DNA of 64,000 nt, from the NCBI GenBank assembly GCA_010093995.1, contig ML992508.1:1026506-1090505 (forward strand), in the 5' to 3' direction. Shown here one piece after another: positions 1 through 11,874 of the stretch (position 1 is its first letter; each line of letters begins with the position of its first letter). Under the pieces are notes generated by a model that did not search any database, was not told the origin of the DNA, and saw only the letters and a program-made list of their open reading frames with translations. The translations under genes and the position numbers were made by a program. Origin of the DNA: Elsinoe ampelina (taxonomy: Eukaryota).

Positions 1-882
1 GCCCGCTCCACCCTCACCCCCTCCCGCCGCGCCCACCACGGCGTCCTAACCCTCATCCGCACCGACTTCCTCTCTTCCCAGCAATGCACCCTCTCCTCAC
101 CCGCCTGGGACCACGAGGGCCGCTTCTCCATCACCACCACCTCAGGCCTCCACGGCTGGCCCAAGCTGAGCATCTGGAACGTCTACGCCCTCAACGGCAC
201 CGACTACCCCTTCCGGGACCCAGTGACGGGGCGGCTCCAAGGGACGAGACACGAGCGGAAGCGACAAGTCCACGGTCTACTCCAGCAGGAAGTGAGGAGG
301 TTGGAGGCGCAGGGGGTACAGGTGGTGTTGGCGGGGGATATGAACATCGCTCGGGATGCACGGGATGGGTGGCCGAGTCTGAGGACCAGGCCGGTGGAGC
401 ACGTCGTCAACCGGGAGGATTTCGTGGGGAGGTTTTTCGAGGAGGGAGGGGGGAGGGAGGGGTTGGGCATGGTGGATACGTTTCGGGAGGTGAATGGGGA
501 GGAGGCTAGGGGGTATAGTTATCGGCCGAGGGGGGTGGAGTGGGGGAGTAGTTGTGATAGGGTGGATTATGTGATGGTTTCGAAGGGGTTGAGGGGGAGG
601 GTCAGGGAGGCGGGGATATTGGAAAGTGAGCAGGAGAGGGGGCCGAGTGATCATGTGCCTGTTTTTGCTACGCTGGATTTTGGTGGTGGGGAGGAGGGAG
701 GGGAGGGAAGTGAGGAGGGCAGAGAAAAGGAGTGCGAGGAGGAGAGAGACGAGCACGGAGAAGCGAGTTGGAACAAGCAGGATCGGGGCAATGGTAGTGA
801 GCATGACAAGGAGGAGTCATTGCCGGAGAGGAAAGATGGAAATAGCAGGAAACGAAGTCGATTTAGCAATGGGGTATCTTGA
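1..882 (+). CDS. Exonuclease III / AP-endonuclease (EEP superfamily) protein, 5'-truncated by the window edge
   Basis: Frame 1 is open from base 1. It contains NVYALNG, LAGDMNIA, DRVDY and GPSDHVPV, matching the EEP/ExoIII catalytic motifs. Confidence 0.85.
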   Translation, partial: ARSTLTPSRRAHHGVLTLIRTDFLSSQQCTLSSPAWDHEGRFSITTTSGLHGWPKLSIWNVYALNGTDYPFRDPVTGRLQGTRHERKRQVHGLLQQEVRRLEAQGVQVVLAGDMNIARDARDGWPSLRTRPVEHVVNREDFVGRFFEEGGGREGLGMVDTFREVNGEEARGYSYRPRGVEWGSSCDRVDYVMVSKGLRGRVREAGILESEQERGPSDHVPVFATLDFGGGEEGGEGSEEGREKECEEERDEHGEASWNKQDRGNGSEHDKEESLPERKDGNSRKRSRFSNGVS

Positions 883-965
883 ACGACCAGCCAACGCCAC
901 CCCTATGACCGGATACCAGACCCGTGTGAGATTGTGCATACTGTGCATGAGGCATTCGCAGCTCG

Positions 966-2743
966 TCAGTGCCCTTTCTCCGGACTGCTACCAGTAGCAC
1001 TTGAGTCCAAGCTAGTTCGAAGACCACTGTCAGAGTAGAGCGAGTCCCTCACTCTTCGCACTGTGCCTTTTGACCCCTTCAGGCCACCGGCATCATAATC
1101 ATCCCCTTTGAACTCCTTCTTCGGCCAGTCCTTACAGATATCAATGTTCTTGCGTGGATAGATGAGCTCAAGAACGGTGTACAGCAGATAGTCGACTACC
1201 ATGCATATCACAAAGAGCTTTCCTGCCCAAACTCCACATCCGTAGTACCGTTTCAAGCGGTCGATCAGGGCAAAGGACTTTGTGTCATCCGTCATAACCA
1301 AGTCGTAGACGTTCTCGGTTCGTTTCGCTACATCGTTCCAGCTATACATCATTCGCACCTGTTCGTGAAAGCGATCTCTTCGTATCACTTGTCGGCCATT
1401 ACCCATAAGCGCATCGACAGCCTCACTAGTAGCACGGACAAGGTCGTCCTCTTCAGGCTTAGCGAAGATCGTCATGTGTCCTGGTAGTACTTCTGGAATA
1501 CCACCGACTCTTGTGCAGACGATGAGCAAGTTGCAGCTCGCGGCTTCCACAAGCACAGTCCCAAATGCTTCTGTAAGCGCCGGGTGGAAGTAGATATGTC
1601 CTCTGACCATGACGTCTCGAACCTCTTCGTGCCGAACTGCGCCGATAAAGTCCACTCGGTCGTGCAGAATGTGTCTATCGAGCATTTGCTCCAAATCTAT
1701 CGCCTTTGGTCCAGATCCAGCAATGATGAAGCGGACATTGGGATGTGCTGCAAGGATCCGTGGGATGGAAGCGATCAACAAATCGGTACCTTTGTTATAG
1801 AAGAGTCTGGAAATGACAACGATATTGATAGGGTCATTGGGTCCAAGCGGCTGAGATGTGATGGGCGGAGGTGGGGGTAACAATGGATTGGCGTGAGGGT
1901 TTGGCGAGTTGACCTCGGACGGATGTAGTGGTCGAAAATTTGATGCCACGACTGCGTTCGGGATGACAGAGACGATCAGAGGATCCAGCGACGCTCTAAG
2001 CACTGTGTTCTCTTTACTGCAACTTGTCAGCCTATGTGAAGCCTGCGTATACTGAGAGACTCACCAAGTATGACTGACACAGATGACATGATCGATGTCG
2101 CTCAGTGTAAACTTCAGTAGCTTGTTTGTGAGGATACTAGCTGCATCTGCAAAGCCGAATAAGGAGTGGTCGGTGAAGATTGCACGCAGGCCCATGGTCC
2201 TAGCATGAATGATCGCCTCTTGGCATAAATTGCTGAGACTGGCATGGCCGTGTACAATTTGAATCTTCTCCCGTATAACAATGTTGCGGAAAAGCGGGAA
2301 GAAGCTGAACACGGTCGGGAATGTGGTCTCTCGATAGATGACCAGAAATGGGCAATAGTAGACCTTGAGCCCATTCGTCAAGTACCGGACACCTTTACGA
2401 TCTTCGTATGCGTGTGTGATGATGATGACCTTGTGGCCTCGATCGATCAATTTCTGACGAGTGTCAGTATTCATCATTGGCCATTCAAGAGCTGTTAGCT
2501 TGGACCACATAGGGGGTTGACTGACTGTTGACAATTGGTAGATGTGACTTTCGACTCCACCTGAAAAGATCAGACTGGGCTATCATGATATCTCTGGTCT
2601 CCAAACCTGGTTGTGGGAAGAAGAAGTCGCAGACCATACTAAGGACACTTTAGCACGAGCAAACCCCATGAGACGCGTAAGACGGCGTGCCTGATACCTG
2701 GGGAAGGATTGGGGTGCACTCACGCAATATTGTATGATGGCAT
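966..2743 (-). CDS. GPI3: Phosphatidylinositol N-acetylglucosaminyltransferase catalytic subunit (PIG-A/GPI3/SPT14), GT4, multi-exon
   Basis: Spliced N-terminus [38 protein letters not shown] over three micro-exons. Also [33 protein letters not shown] and a C-terminal TM segment. Confidence 0.95.
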
Positions 2744-2989
2744 ATTTACGATCGCTGCAGGGTCCTGAGACCCTACTGTCCACTTCAAGCATACATTCGA
2801 TGTTGTGGCACTGGATGGATGTCGTCGAAAGTGGTCCAGCTGTTCAGGGAAACTCCAGGCGAATTTGCTCGCCGGATCTTGCCCATTTCTCCATGACCAT
2901 GGCAGAACCAGGGCGGTGAGCACTTTTTGATATGGTCATTGCCCGCAAACCACTCGCTCGATTCTAGGTCTGGTAGTCAAGAGCCTCGA

Positions 2990-5374
2990 ATGGCTCCCCT
3001 CTACGCACGTTACGTGCCTCCGAAGAAGATCTCTAAGGCGCCATCAGCTGCACTTGTCCAAGAGGCGCATATCCAAAACACCAGCGGCAGCGCCGATGCA
3101 GACCCCTCCGAGAAGAAGAGGAAGCGATCAGCAGAAGAACAAGCTGAGCGAAAGCTACGAAAGGTCGCAAAGGTCTCGGAAAAGGCTGGAAGATTCGCTG
3201 GGGAAGCTTCGAATGGCGACGAGGGACATACCACCGGTGCAACAGGAGAGAGCACTGCGTCGACGACGAGGTCGGCTGACCCTGAGGATGCGGTGAATGG
3301 AAACAGTACCGCGGACCTGTCTACGTCCAAACACAAGTCAGTGTTGTCAAAGTTTCATAAGTCAACTCGGAGAGCAGCACTCGCTGTTGAAGAAAATGGG
3401 CAGCCCGGCGGTGAGCAAGAAGAGATAGAGTCAAAAGAGCTTCATGATCTGGTGCCTCTACCGCAACCCGAGAAGGAACAGACACCGGAATATGCTCAGA
3501 CGTTTTCCACATTGCCGGAGTGGCTCGAGAAGCCCATTCATGTACTCTCGGGTGATAAAGCACCCTTTGCAGACCTGGGCATCCATGAAAAGACCACATC
3601 ACACCTGAAATCGAAAGGATATTCGGACGCCTTCGCTGTTCAGACTGCGCTAATACCGCGGCTGTTGACCCAGATGGACTTTCTGCCGTACCGACCTAAC
3701 GATATCTGCGTCAATGCTCCTACAGGAAGTGGAAAGACCCTCGGTTATGCTTTGCCCATCATCGAGAACATGAAGCGCCATCAAAAGATTCGAAGATTCA
3801 GAGCTGTGGTGGTGGTCCCTACCAGGGAGCTCGTCAACCAAGTACTCTCTACCATGCAGATGTGCGCGGCAGGGTCCAGTCTTGTCGTCGCGACTTCTAT
3901 TGGAAATCAAAATTTCTCTGAGGAGCAAACCACGTTCGTGCAGCAGGATGAGAGGTTCAGTCCCGAAGCGTATGAGCGGAGCATGCGCTATATACGTAAA
4001 AGGCAGATGTTTGAGGAAGACTTCGAGGACGACTTCGCAGAGGACGAATCCATGGCCAACAAGCAAGAGCAGCATATCAAGAACGCCCTCACATGTACGC
4101 CATACCATGTCCCCCGGTACCTTTCGAAGATTGACGTGCTTGTTTGCACACCGGGGAGGCTCGTGGAGCATCTACAGAGCACGGCAGGCTTCAGTCTAAA
4201 AGACGTTGAGTATTTGGTTATTGACGAGGCAGATCGACTTTTGGATCAAAGCTTCCAAGACTGGGTCAAGGTTGTGAATAAGTCGCTCAAGGAAGATTCA
4301 GTGGAGAGTACGAATGGTTTCTCAATCCGCCAGAAAAACGTCCGAAAGGTCATTCTTAGCGCAACCATGACCACCGATATCTCTCAACTTGCTTCGCTTG
4401 ATTTGCGACGGCCGACCATGATCACCGTGAGAGGCTTTGGAAAAACCCAAAATTCATCAGGTACAGACATGGAAATTCGAATTAACGACAAAGGGGCGTT
4501 CGAGCTTCCGGCGGGTCTGGTGGAGTACGCAGTGCCGATTGGAGGCGATGCTGAGAAGCCACTACATTTGCTTGCGTTACTGGAGCAAATGCTACCCTCC
4601 GGCAAGAGCATGACGAAAAGGAGTAGCAGAGAGCGGTCAGCATCGATCTCGTCGACATCAACTTCTTCCTCTGACTCTGATTCGTCATCTATGTCGTCAA
4701 GCGAATCGAGCAGTTCAAGTTCCTCGTCTGAAAGCTCATCTTCCGAGTCTGACTCGGCCTCGGACTCGGATTCGGACTCGGACGTAATGTCTGAAATGGG
4801 CTCACCCAAGAAAATTCTCGAGGATGTAATACCTTCTGCGATATCAAGAGTCAAACCTGGACCACCACAGTTGCTGATTTTTGCAGCTTCAACATCAGAA
4901 GCGCACCGACTGCACTATCTATTACGGTCACTCCTACCGCGTATCACTACCGATGATCCGACTTTAACACTGCTCACCCGGACGCAGTCGAGTTTGTCAG
5001 CTCTGAATTCGTCCAATCCTCTGAAGGTGAACATCATCATCTCGACAGATCGAGCTTCGCGCGGACTTGACCTCCCGTTGACACACGTCATCAATTACAC
5101 CATACCTCGTTCGTTGGAGTCTTACGTTCATCGAGTAGGACGAACGGCTCGTGCTGGCAGGCGAGGAGAAGCGTGGAGTCTTTTCAGTGACAAGGAAGGT
5201 CGATGGTTCTGGAACGAGATCGCAAGGGCCGAGAAAGTTGCAAGACAGAGCAATCTCGAAAGGCGAAAGATCAGCATCGGGAAGCGATGGAAAGACGGCA
5301 AGGACAAGGACGAATATCAGAAAGTGCTGTCCGATATGGGGAAGATGGTAGACGGAGAGAAGAAGAGCAAGTGA
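2990..5374 (+). CDS. DBP6: DEAD-box ATP-dependent RNA helicase, Dbp6-like (60S biogenesis)
   Basis: APTGSGKT, VVPTRELV, TPGRL, IDEAD, SAT and HRVGRTARAG motifs. MAPLYARYVPP start and a Q-motif FAVQ typical of Dbp6. Intronless. Confidence 0.88.
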   Translation: MAPLYARYVPPKKISKAPSAALVQEAHIQNTSGSADADPSEKKRKRSAEEQAERKLRKVAKVSEKAGRFAGEASNGDEGHTTGATGESTASTTRSADPEDAVNGNSTADLSTSKHKSVLSKFHKSTRRAALAVEENGQPGGEQEEIESKELHDLVPLPQPEKEQTPEYAQTFSTLPEWLEKPIHVLSGDKAPFADLGIHEKTTSHLKSKGYSDAFAVQTALIPRLLTQMDFLPYRPNDICVNAPTGSGKTLGYALPIIENMKRHQKIRRFRAVVVVPTRELVNQVLSTMQMCAAGSSLVVATSIGNQNFSEEQTTFVQQDERFSPEAYERSMRYIRKRQMFEEDFEDDFAEDESMANKQEQHIKNALTCTPYHVPRYLSKIDVLVCTPGRLVEHLQSTAGFSLKDVEYLVIDEADRLLDQSFQDWVKVVNKSLKEDSVESTNGFSIRQKNVRKVILSATMTTDISQLASLDLRRPTMITVRGFGKTQNSSGTDMEIRINDKGAFELPAGLVEYAVPIGGDAEKPLHLLALLEQMLPSGKSMTKRSSRERSASISSTSTSSSDSDSSSMSSSESSSSSSSSESSSSESDSASDSDSDSDVMSEMGSPKKILEDVIPSAISRVKPGPPQLLIFAASTSEAHRLHYLLRSLLPRITTDDPTLTLLTRTQSSLSALNSSNPLKVNIIISTDRASRGLDLPLTHVINYTIPRSLESYVHRVGRTARAGRRGEAWSLFSDKEGRWFWNEIARAEKVARQSNLERRKISIGKRWKDGKDKDEYQKVLSDMGKMVDGEKKSK

Positions 5375-6621
5375 CCTACAGACCCGCAGATACACAACCT
5401 CTGCAGAAGACTGGCGTGTCGCCACTCGGCGTCCGCATTCGGCTGCAGGAGTCGAGGGGTCTCGCCCAGTCTTAAGTAAGACACATATGTGAGCGCTTGG
5501 GTTGCTTGTACCACCGTCAATGGTTGAGCCTGGTCACGCTGCTTGCGGCTGAGCATGTAATGCAAGACAAGCGGACCTGAGTAACCCTCGACGCAGCGGT
5601 AAAACCAGGTAATACGCGCACAGTCATAAGAGGGCCATAAGCCGCTCTAATATGAACGCACTGAGCACGATGTTTGACTTCCCAGCCATCTCAGCCGCGC
5701 CCGATACATAGCATAACGGGGAACAGGCCGAATCATGTCCCGCCATATAAGAGCAGTATTAATGCAAGCATGCCAAGAAATACTGTCCGCTGGCGCAGTG
5801 CTGGGCGGAGGTCAGCGGCGGTTGTCATCGTGCATTGACCGGGAATCTGGTAGAGACCGCAGAGACGAGCTCCAGTGATGATTGGACGGCAGAAGCTCAT
5901 CGAGTCGTCGCGTTCCTGAGGCGCAATGAAAGCGGCAGAGATGTGTGTGACTGACTCTGCAGAGCAGGTGTTGGTGATGGGATGAGATGGACATGCGTAC
6001 GCGTGCACTTCAGCTTCCCATGCAAATCGTTCTAATCGCCCCGTCCTGAAGAAGAAGTCAAGAAGTCCATCTCCCGCTTTTTGGACAGGGGCGTGCCTCA
6101 TCTCAGCCAGGCAAAGCCACGCTGCAATGCGCGCCATGCCCGATCCATGACCCCACTTTGTCACCTCCTGCAACTCTCGTTTCTGTTGCTGCATCTCCGC
6201 TTTCTGATTGCACATTGGAGACTTCGCGGACTCCCCTCCGCTGCCACAGATGCAGCGAGCCGACATGGGTAGAGGTTGCACCGATCGGGTCCCCGTCTCC
6301 AATGCCATTTTGCCAGCACATCCGTCGTCTTTGGCCGAGTTTCCAGTTAAAGGTAGGTCAAGAGCTGCCGAGCTTCAATGACGGACGCATCGCCCGGCGT
6401 CCAAGACTTGCTCTCTTGGATCCGCAGCGGTGATCTTGGTGCATATCCAGCAAAACCTCCTGGTCAGTCCTGTCCCTCGAGGTTTCAGGGTTTTCTCATT
6501 GACACTTGCTTTCTGTTCCTTACCACATTTCTCTCAATCCCCAAAACCTTGCCCTGTAACACTCGTTTCGGCTCGAACCACACATTGCAGGACCGCAAGG
6601 ACTAGCGATATCGTCTATGAG

Positions 6622-8292
6622 ATGAAGTTGGAAATGCTTCTGCGGAAACGAAGCCCGCAGGACGACGATGATGTTCCAGTTCCCGGAGCCCCTACATTGA
6701 CGGGCGGAGACGACGACGACGACGATGTTGTCACACCGCCTCCACCAGCACCGACCGCGACAACTCCAGCGCCAACATCAGCAGCAGCGCCCACAGTGAG
6801 TTTTGCACCTGCACCAACACCCGCGCCTTCGACCGCAGCATCACCTGCACCACCATCGCCTTCCACATTGAGCACTTCTACTACGCCCTCCGTACGTGAT
6901 TTAGGTTTCTTGCAGACAGTTAAGCTGACCATGTGACAGTCTACTCCAGCTGTCAGCAGTACACCCGCCTCATCCACACGACCTTCTAGTACAACGACTA
7001 GCGCATCCTCGACTTCTTCAGCACCAGCACCCACCGAGACAGCGGCTTCTGGGACCCCGTCATATGTGACACCGATTGCGGTCATCGTACCCATCATGGC
7101 AATAATCCTCTTCCTCTTTGCTGGATTTCTATTCATGAAACGCAGAAGGAGAAAGCAAGGACGAGAATTCAAGCCGATGCAGGAGATCAAGGAGATCATG
7201 CCAGGGGGCGACAATTTCCACTTCCCGGCGTCCGGATTCATTCGCAACCCGAGGAAAGCCATGTCCGAGAGATCTTTCATTCCTAGTCGGTATGGGAGCC
7301 AAAGAACCGAGGACTCCGTTCATGCGCACTACGCCGACTCTGTGCCATCCAACAGCTCAGACCCTGCTCAAGGCTACGCACCAGGATCAGGCTTTGCAGT
7401 AATGCCTCAAGAGACGCAACCGCACATGGGTCCTCGACTGAACCCCGTTCAGCCGCATGTAGCATCGACTGTCACCAGCTCGCAAGGAAGGACCTCGCCA
7501 ACCGGATCTCCCGTTAGTCAGAATTCGGGCAATCATGTAGCGTTTGGTGTATCACCTGTGAGCAGGCGGAGTGCGAGTCTGAGCTCTGGCTCGCCTCCTC
7601 CGCAAGGCGGTCTCGGCCAGACACCGGCGCAAGGCGTTGTTGGACACATGCCGCCACAGAACATTGCGGAGCAACGACATCCGGAGGGCTTCGTAGGCAT
7701 GACAGGAGCTACCCAAGCACATATCGGGACAAGCCCGAACAATACTTCCTACATGTCTGGGCTCGATACCATGTCAGTCACCGACGTCGGGTCTCAATCT
7801 GGAGACGAGCCACCGCCGCCGTACTCTGGGATGGCATCTCGCGCAGGAACCATGCGGTCAGGCATGCATAGTCAAAGACGACCGCTTCACGTCACGAACC
7901 TCAATCGTCGTGATATCGGCAGTGTCCGAAGCGTCCAGACCATGCAGACGAACGCCACAATGGATTCAACTACTGCAGCTGCACTAACAGCTGACGGCTT
8001 CCGACCTGCTGGCCTCGGAGCGCATACTGAAGAAGAAGAAGAAGCAAATATGCCAGCAGAACTTGATGCGAAGTCGACGAAAGTTGACATCAGCGACAAC
8101 TCGAGAAACTCAATCAGCAGTGCCAACTACGATGGGGAGAACGCAGTCATTGCGGACGGCATGCCTCGAGGTATAAGCGAGCTCGACGGCAGCGCGAGGC
8201 CGATTAGCGAGCTCGAGGCTGATGTGCCGGTCGATCGTCAAAGGTACTCGTTCTCGAATAGCGTTTCTGCCGATCAGAAGGGAGGCAGTTGA
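6622..8292 (+). CDS. Single-pass membrane protein with a Ser/Thr/Pro-rich N-terminus and disordered cytoplasmic tail (Mid2/Axl2-like architecture)
   Basis: ATG at 6622; intron ~6892-6940 (GTACGT..GCTGAC..ACAG). TM segment PIAVIVPIMAIILFLFAGFLFM is followed by KRRRRK. PPPPY motif in the tail. Confidence 0.75.
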
Positions 8293-8721
8293 GAGGCGTC
8301 ATTACTGCATGCTTGATGATGTTCATGACCTACATTCCTTAGATAGTTGGTTGATACCATTATGGTGGGCGGGAGGGAGAAAATGCAAAGCGGTTCTGGA
8401 AGGTCTGAAGCAGGAGCTTATTCAGACCACACTTGTACATAGTTTATGAACGACTCTATCTTCAACATCGACCAATTGCCGCATCTCTCCCAATATCGGG
8501 TCCCACCGGAAGAACAAAGAGAAGCGGCCGTTGATGGGGACGCGGCTCGCCCAATCATTTGTCCCCGGCGTTGCATGCTCCTCCCGCGCTCCCGACGTCA
8601 AAAAAATCCATCCCCAGCCAAACTCAGAACTGCGGTCCTTCAATCCAAACATCAATAAAAATCTCACACGACACATCTCCACTCCTGAGCCTACCTCAAT
8701 CCCTCCATCACATCAATCGCA

Positions 8722-9849
8722 ATGTCTTCACCCTCAGCTTCCACCGGCTCGACAAAGCTCGATGCGCTCAAGCAGAATGTCGTCGCGGCCACCCCCGAGA
8801 AGCTCTCCGGCGTAGCCCTGTACTCGCGATTCGCCCTCGCCGGCGCCGTCTGCTGTTCCGTCACTCACGGAGCCCTCACACCTGTTGATGTGTAAGTTCT
8901 GCAGCTCAATGGCATCTACAGCTACCTGACGAGTCCCCCAGCGTCAAGACACGTATCCAGCTCGACCCCGTCACCTACAACAGGGGTTTGATCGGTGGTT
9001 TCCGTCAAGTCATCCAGAACGAAGGCGCCGGCGCTCTCCTCACTGGTTTCGGTCCCACCGCCGCTGGCTACTTCCTCCAGGGTGCCTTCAAGTTCGGTGG
9101 TTACGAGCTCTTCAAGCAGCAATCCATCAGCCTGCTCGGGTACGAGACTGCTGCCAACAACCGCACTGCTGTCTACCTCGCTTCTGCTGGTGCCGCCGAG
9201 TTCTTCGCTGATATCGCCCTCTGCCCGCTCGAGGCTACCCGTATTCGTCTCGTCTCGGAACCGACTTTCGCCAATGGTTTGGTCGGTGGTTTCGGAAAGA
9301 TTCTCAAGAACGAGGGTATTGGTGCTTTCTACAGTGGTTTCGGCCCCATGCTGTTCAAGCAGTAAGTCGGAGCGACAGAGAGTAAGAGGGGACAATGCTG
9401 ATACCACAATAGGGTGCCATACACCATGGCCAAGTTCGTCGTGTACGAGAAGGTCGCTGAGGCTGCCTGGAAGCGCATCGACAAGGCCACCGCCTCAAAC
9501 GGTCTCCAGACCGCTGTCAACCTTGGTTCCGGTCTCATCGCCGGTTTCGCTGCCGCCATCATCTCCCAGCCTGCTGACACTATGCTTTCCAAGATCAACA
9601 AGACTAAGGGTCTCCCTGGAGAAGGCACCACCAGCCGTCTGATCAAGATTGCCGGTGAGCTCGGTCTTAGGGGCTCTTTCGCCGGTCTCCCTGCTCGTCT
9701 TTTCATGGTTGGTACTATTACTGCAGGTCAATTCGCCATCTACGGAGGTATGTATACTGCTCTATTCCCTTGATAGCCCCAAATGCTTACGACCAACAGA
9801 CATCAAGCGTGTACTCGGAGCTACCGGTGGCGTGGAGATCGCCAAATAA
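8722..9849 (+). CDS. MIR1: Mitochondrial phosphate carrier (SLC25), 3 introns
   Basis: [57 protein letters not shown] and [12 protein letters not shown] carrier signatures. Confidence 0.95.
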
Positions 9850-11874
9850 ATACCTCGATGTCGAAAGAATGAGCTCGGGAGTGTTTGGGGACGATATAGG
9901 AAGTTTTGCGGGAGCTTCGGTGGACAGGGCGGACAAACGGGGCGGCGGGAGGGCCCAGCCAGGGCATCGACAACAGCCGAGTCTGACATGCAAGAGCCAG
10001 CAAAGTACGAAGGACGACAACGACACAACTTCTCGTGGAATAAACCTGATAGATTCATGCAGCTTTTTCGACAACCCTTTGATATAGACGATGGGCAGGC
10101 ATTTCTCGGAGCGGGGAATGGTGCTGTGTAATATATGAGTTCAAGAAATCAGTTCTCCCCTTTCCCGGTTCTAATCGCTGGATCATCAATGTTTATGGAG
10201 CTTATTGACGCCTGCTTGTTGTCGGCAGTGCGTAGGAGGAGTACAGAAGGGAACTTACCCGGGAGACCTCCCGCCTTGACGAATCATAGGACTGAGGACT
10301 TTCTCGCATAGCCGATACTTGAACCTTGTTGCAAAAGTGACCTACCTCTGGTATGCTGACGACAGACGTGGTGAGTCTGATCCTTAGGGAAAAATTCGAT
10401 CCAGGCTAACAGCGGATGAGCATCTAGCACAGAGGATAGCAAGCCATCTGGAATCAGACATATGGAGGAAGCCATCTGGAGCATGCAGTAGCTAGCGACC
10501 AAGCACTCGCGCCTCGCCACTCGGAACCTCCAAGACTCCCGCCTCTGCAGCTGGCACATCATGCATGCACAAACCGACCGACCGAGAAGCTGGTATCGTC
10601 AACGAGCAAGACGACTATCAGCAGACGTCGACGCATGGCCTCGTCGTGGCATAGACTTTCACCTACATATCGGCTCTCACGTCGGCGACTTCGTGCAGCT
10701 TCTTGCTGGGCGATGTCCTTCCTGCTGCGGTGGCGCGGGAAACCACGTCCATGACCGGTTCAACAATGTCGAATTGAGAATTCAGGAATGTGTTCGGGTG
10801 GGCTTTTCAAGAGAGACTTCGCATTCACTTCGGCCGCAACACATGTGCTTGAAGTGGAAGGATATCGAATTCTACTGTTTCTAGAGATGACGGCAATTCT
10901 TTCGACATGCGAGCTTTGATCAAGATCCGTTGGTTCAAGGGTCAAAGATTTTGTGAGTCCGAATCCTGCACGATTCCTCTCCCTCGACTACTACCCACTT
11001 CAATAACCTTGCAGGACAGGGTAAGGCTCTTGATCATCACTGCTCTGATTGATGGTGTTTCCGATCAAGAAATCAGAACTTGGGATGATCTGACCATACT
11101 CCGCCTTCCTCCAGAAGTTGCGATAACTGGCCGATGCATTGCACACCGTCCGAGTTACCATGAGCTACCTGTGCTGAGGAGGACCTCCAAGCACTAAGTG
11201 ACCATTGGGCCGGTGCAGACGGTTGACATTCACCCTCAGATCAGTCAACTGGGAAATCCCGGCGGATCTGAAACCGACTCACGGCTTATGCCATGCGGCG
11301 GGGAATGGCCTATGTTCTCGCCACCAGAATGGCGGTCTGCGTGGTCTGCGGGACATGTGAAAGCGTAGTTGATCTACGTATCACGGACACACGGTGATGG
11401 TGTCCCCGGTACGAGGTCTAAAGGTAGTACAAGTTCATCGGCAACATGCGGATGAAGGACGTATGCAAGCTTCAAGACCGCGTCTGATCCACGCTGATAT
11501 TGAGGATCTTATGCTAGCAACGAGGCCAAACTTTTGCTAGGGATCCTCGCCGGCTGTTTGACCAACCTGTGCCCCAGATAGTTTTCTCCCTCGAATCGTC
11601 TCATACCAGCAGCGACCTCGCTCAATCACATGCACATGTGATAGGCCAAGCGTGCGCATCTGGCTGCAGCGGCGATAGCTGTGGGGTCGGGGTTCTAATG
11701 AGCTGTACCTGAGGACGCGAACTTTTCAGCTTTATCGTGACAGGGCGTGTCATCTTTCCTGGTCTCCTCTGTAGAGTTCCCATAGGTCCAAATGTATGCT
11801 ACAATGGTAGTGAGCTTCAACTTACGCTCTGCACCAGACCAGGCTGACATCGAGAAGCCATGCCAGCACGAGCA

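Noticed and set aside
2927..2989. ORF-track N-terminal extension of DBP6 from a TTG
   Set aside because: Non-ATG start in a eukaryote; the conserved-looking N-terminus begins at ATG 2990.
4640..4790. Ser/Asp-rich repeat (GACTCG)n inside DBP6
   Set aside because: Ordinary low-complexity coding linker.
5733..6433. Several 60-190 aa ORFs upstream of the membrane protein
   Set aside because: No motifs or codon bias; most likely promoter/5' UTR.
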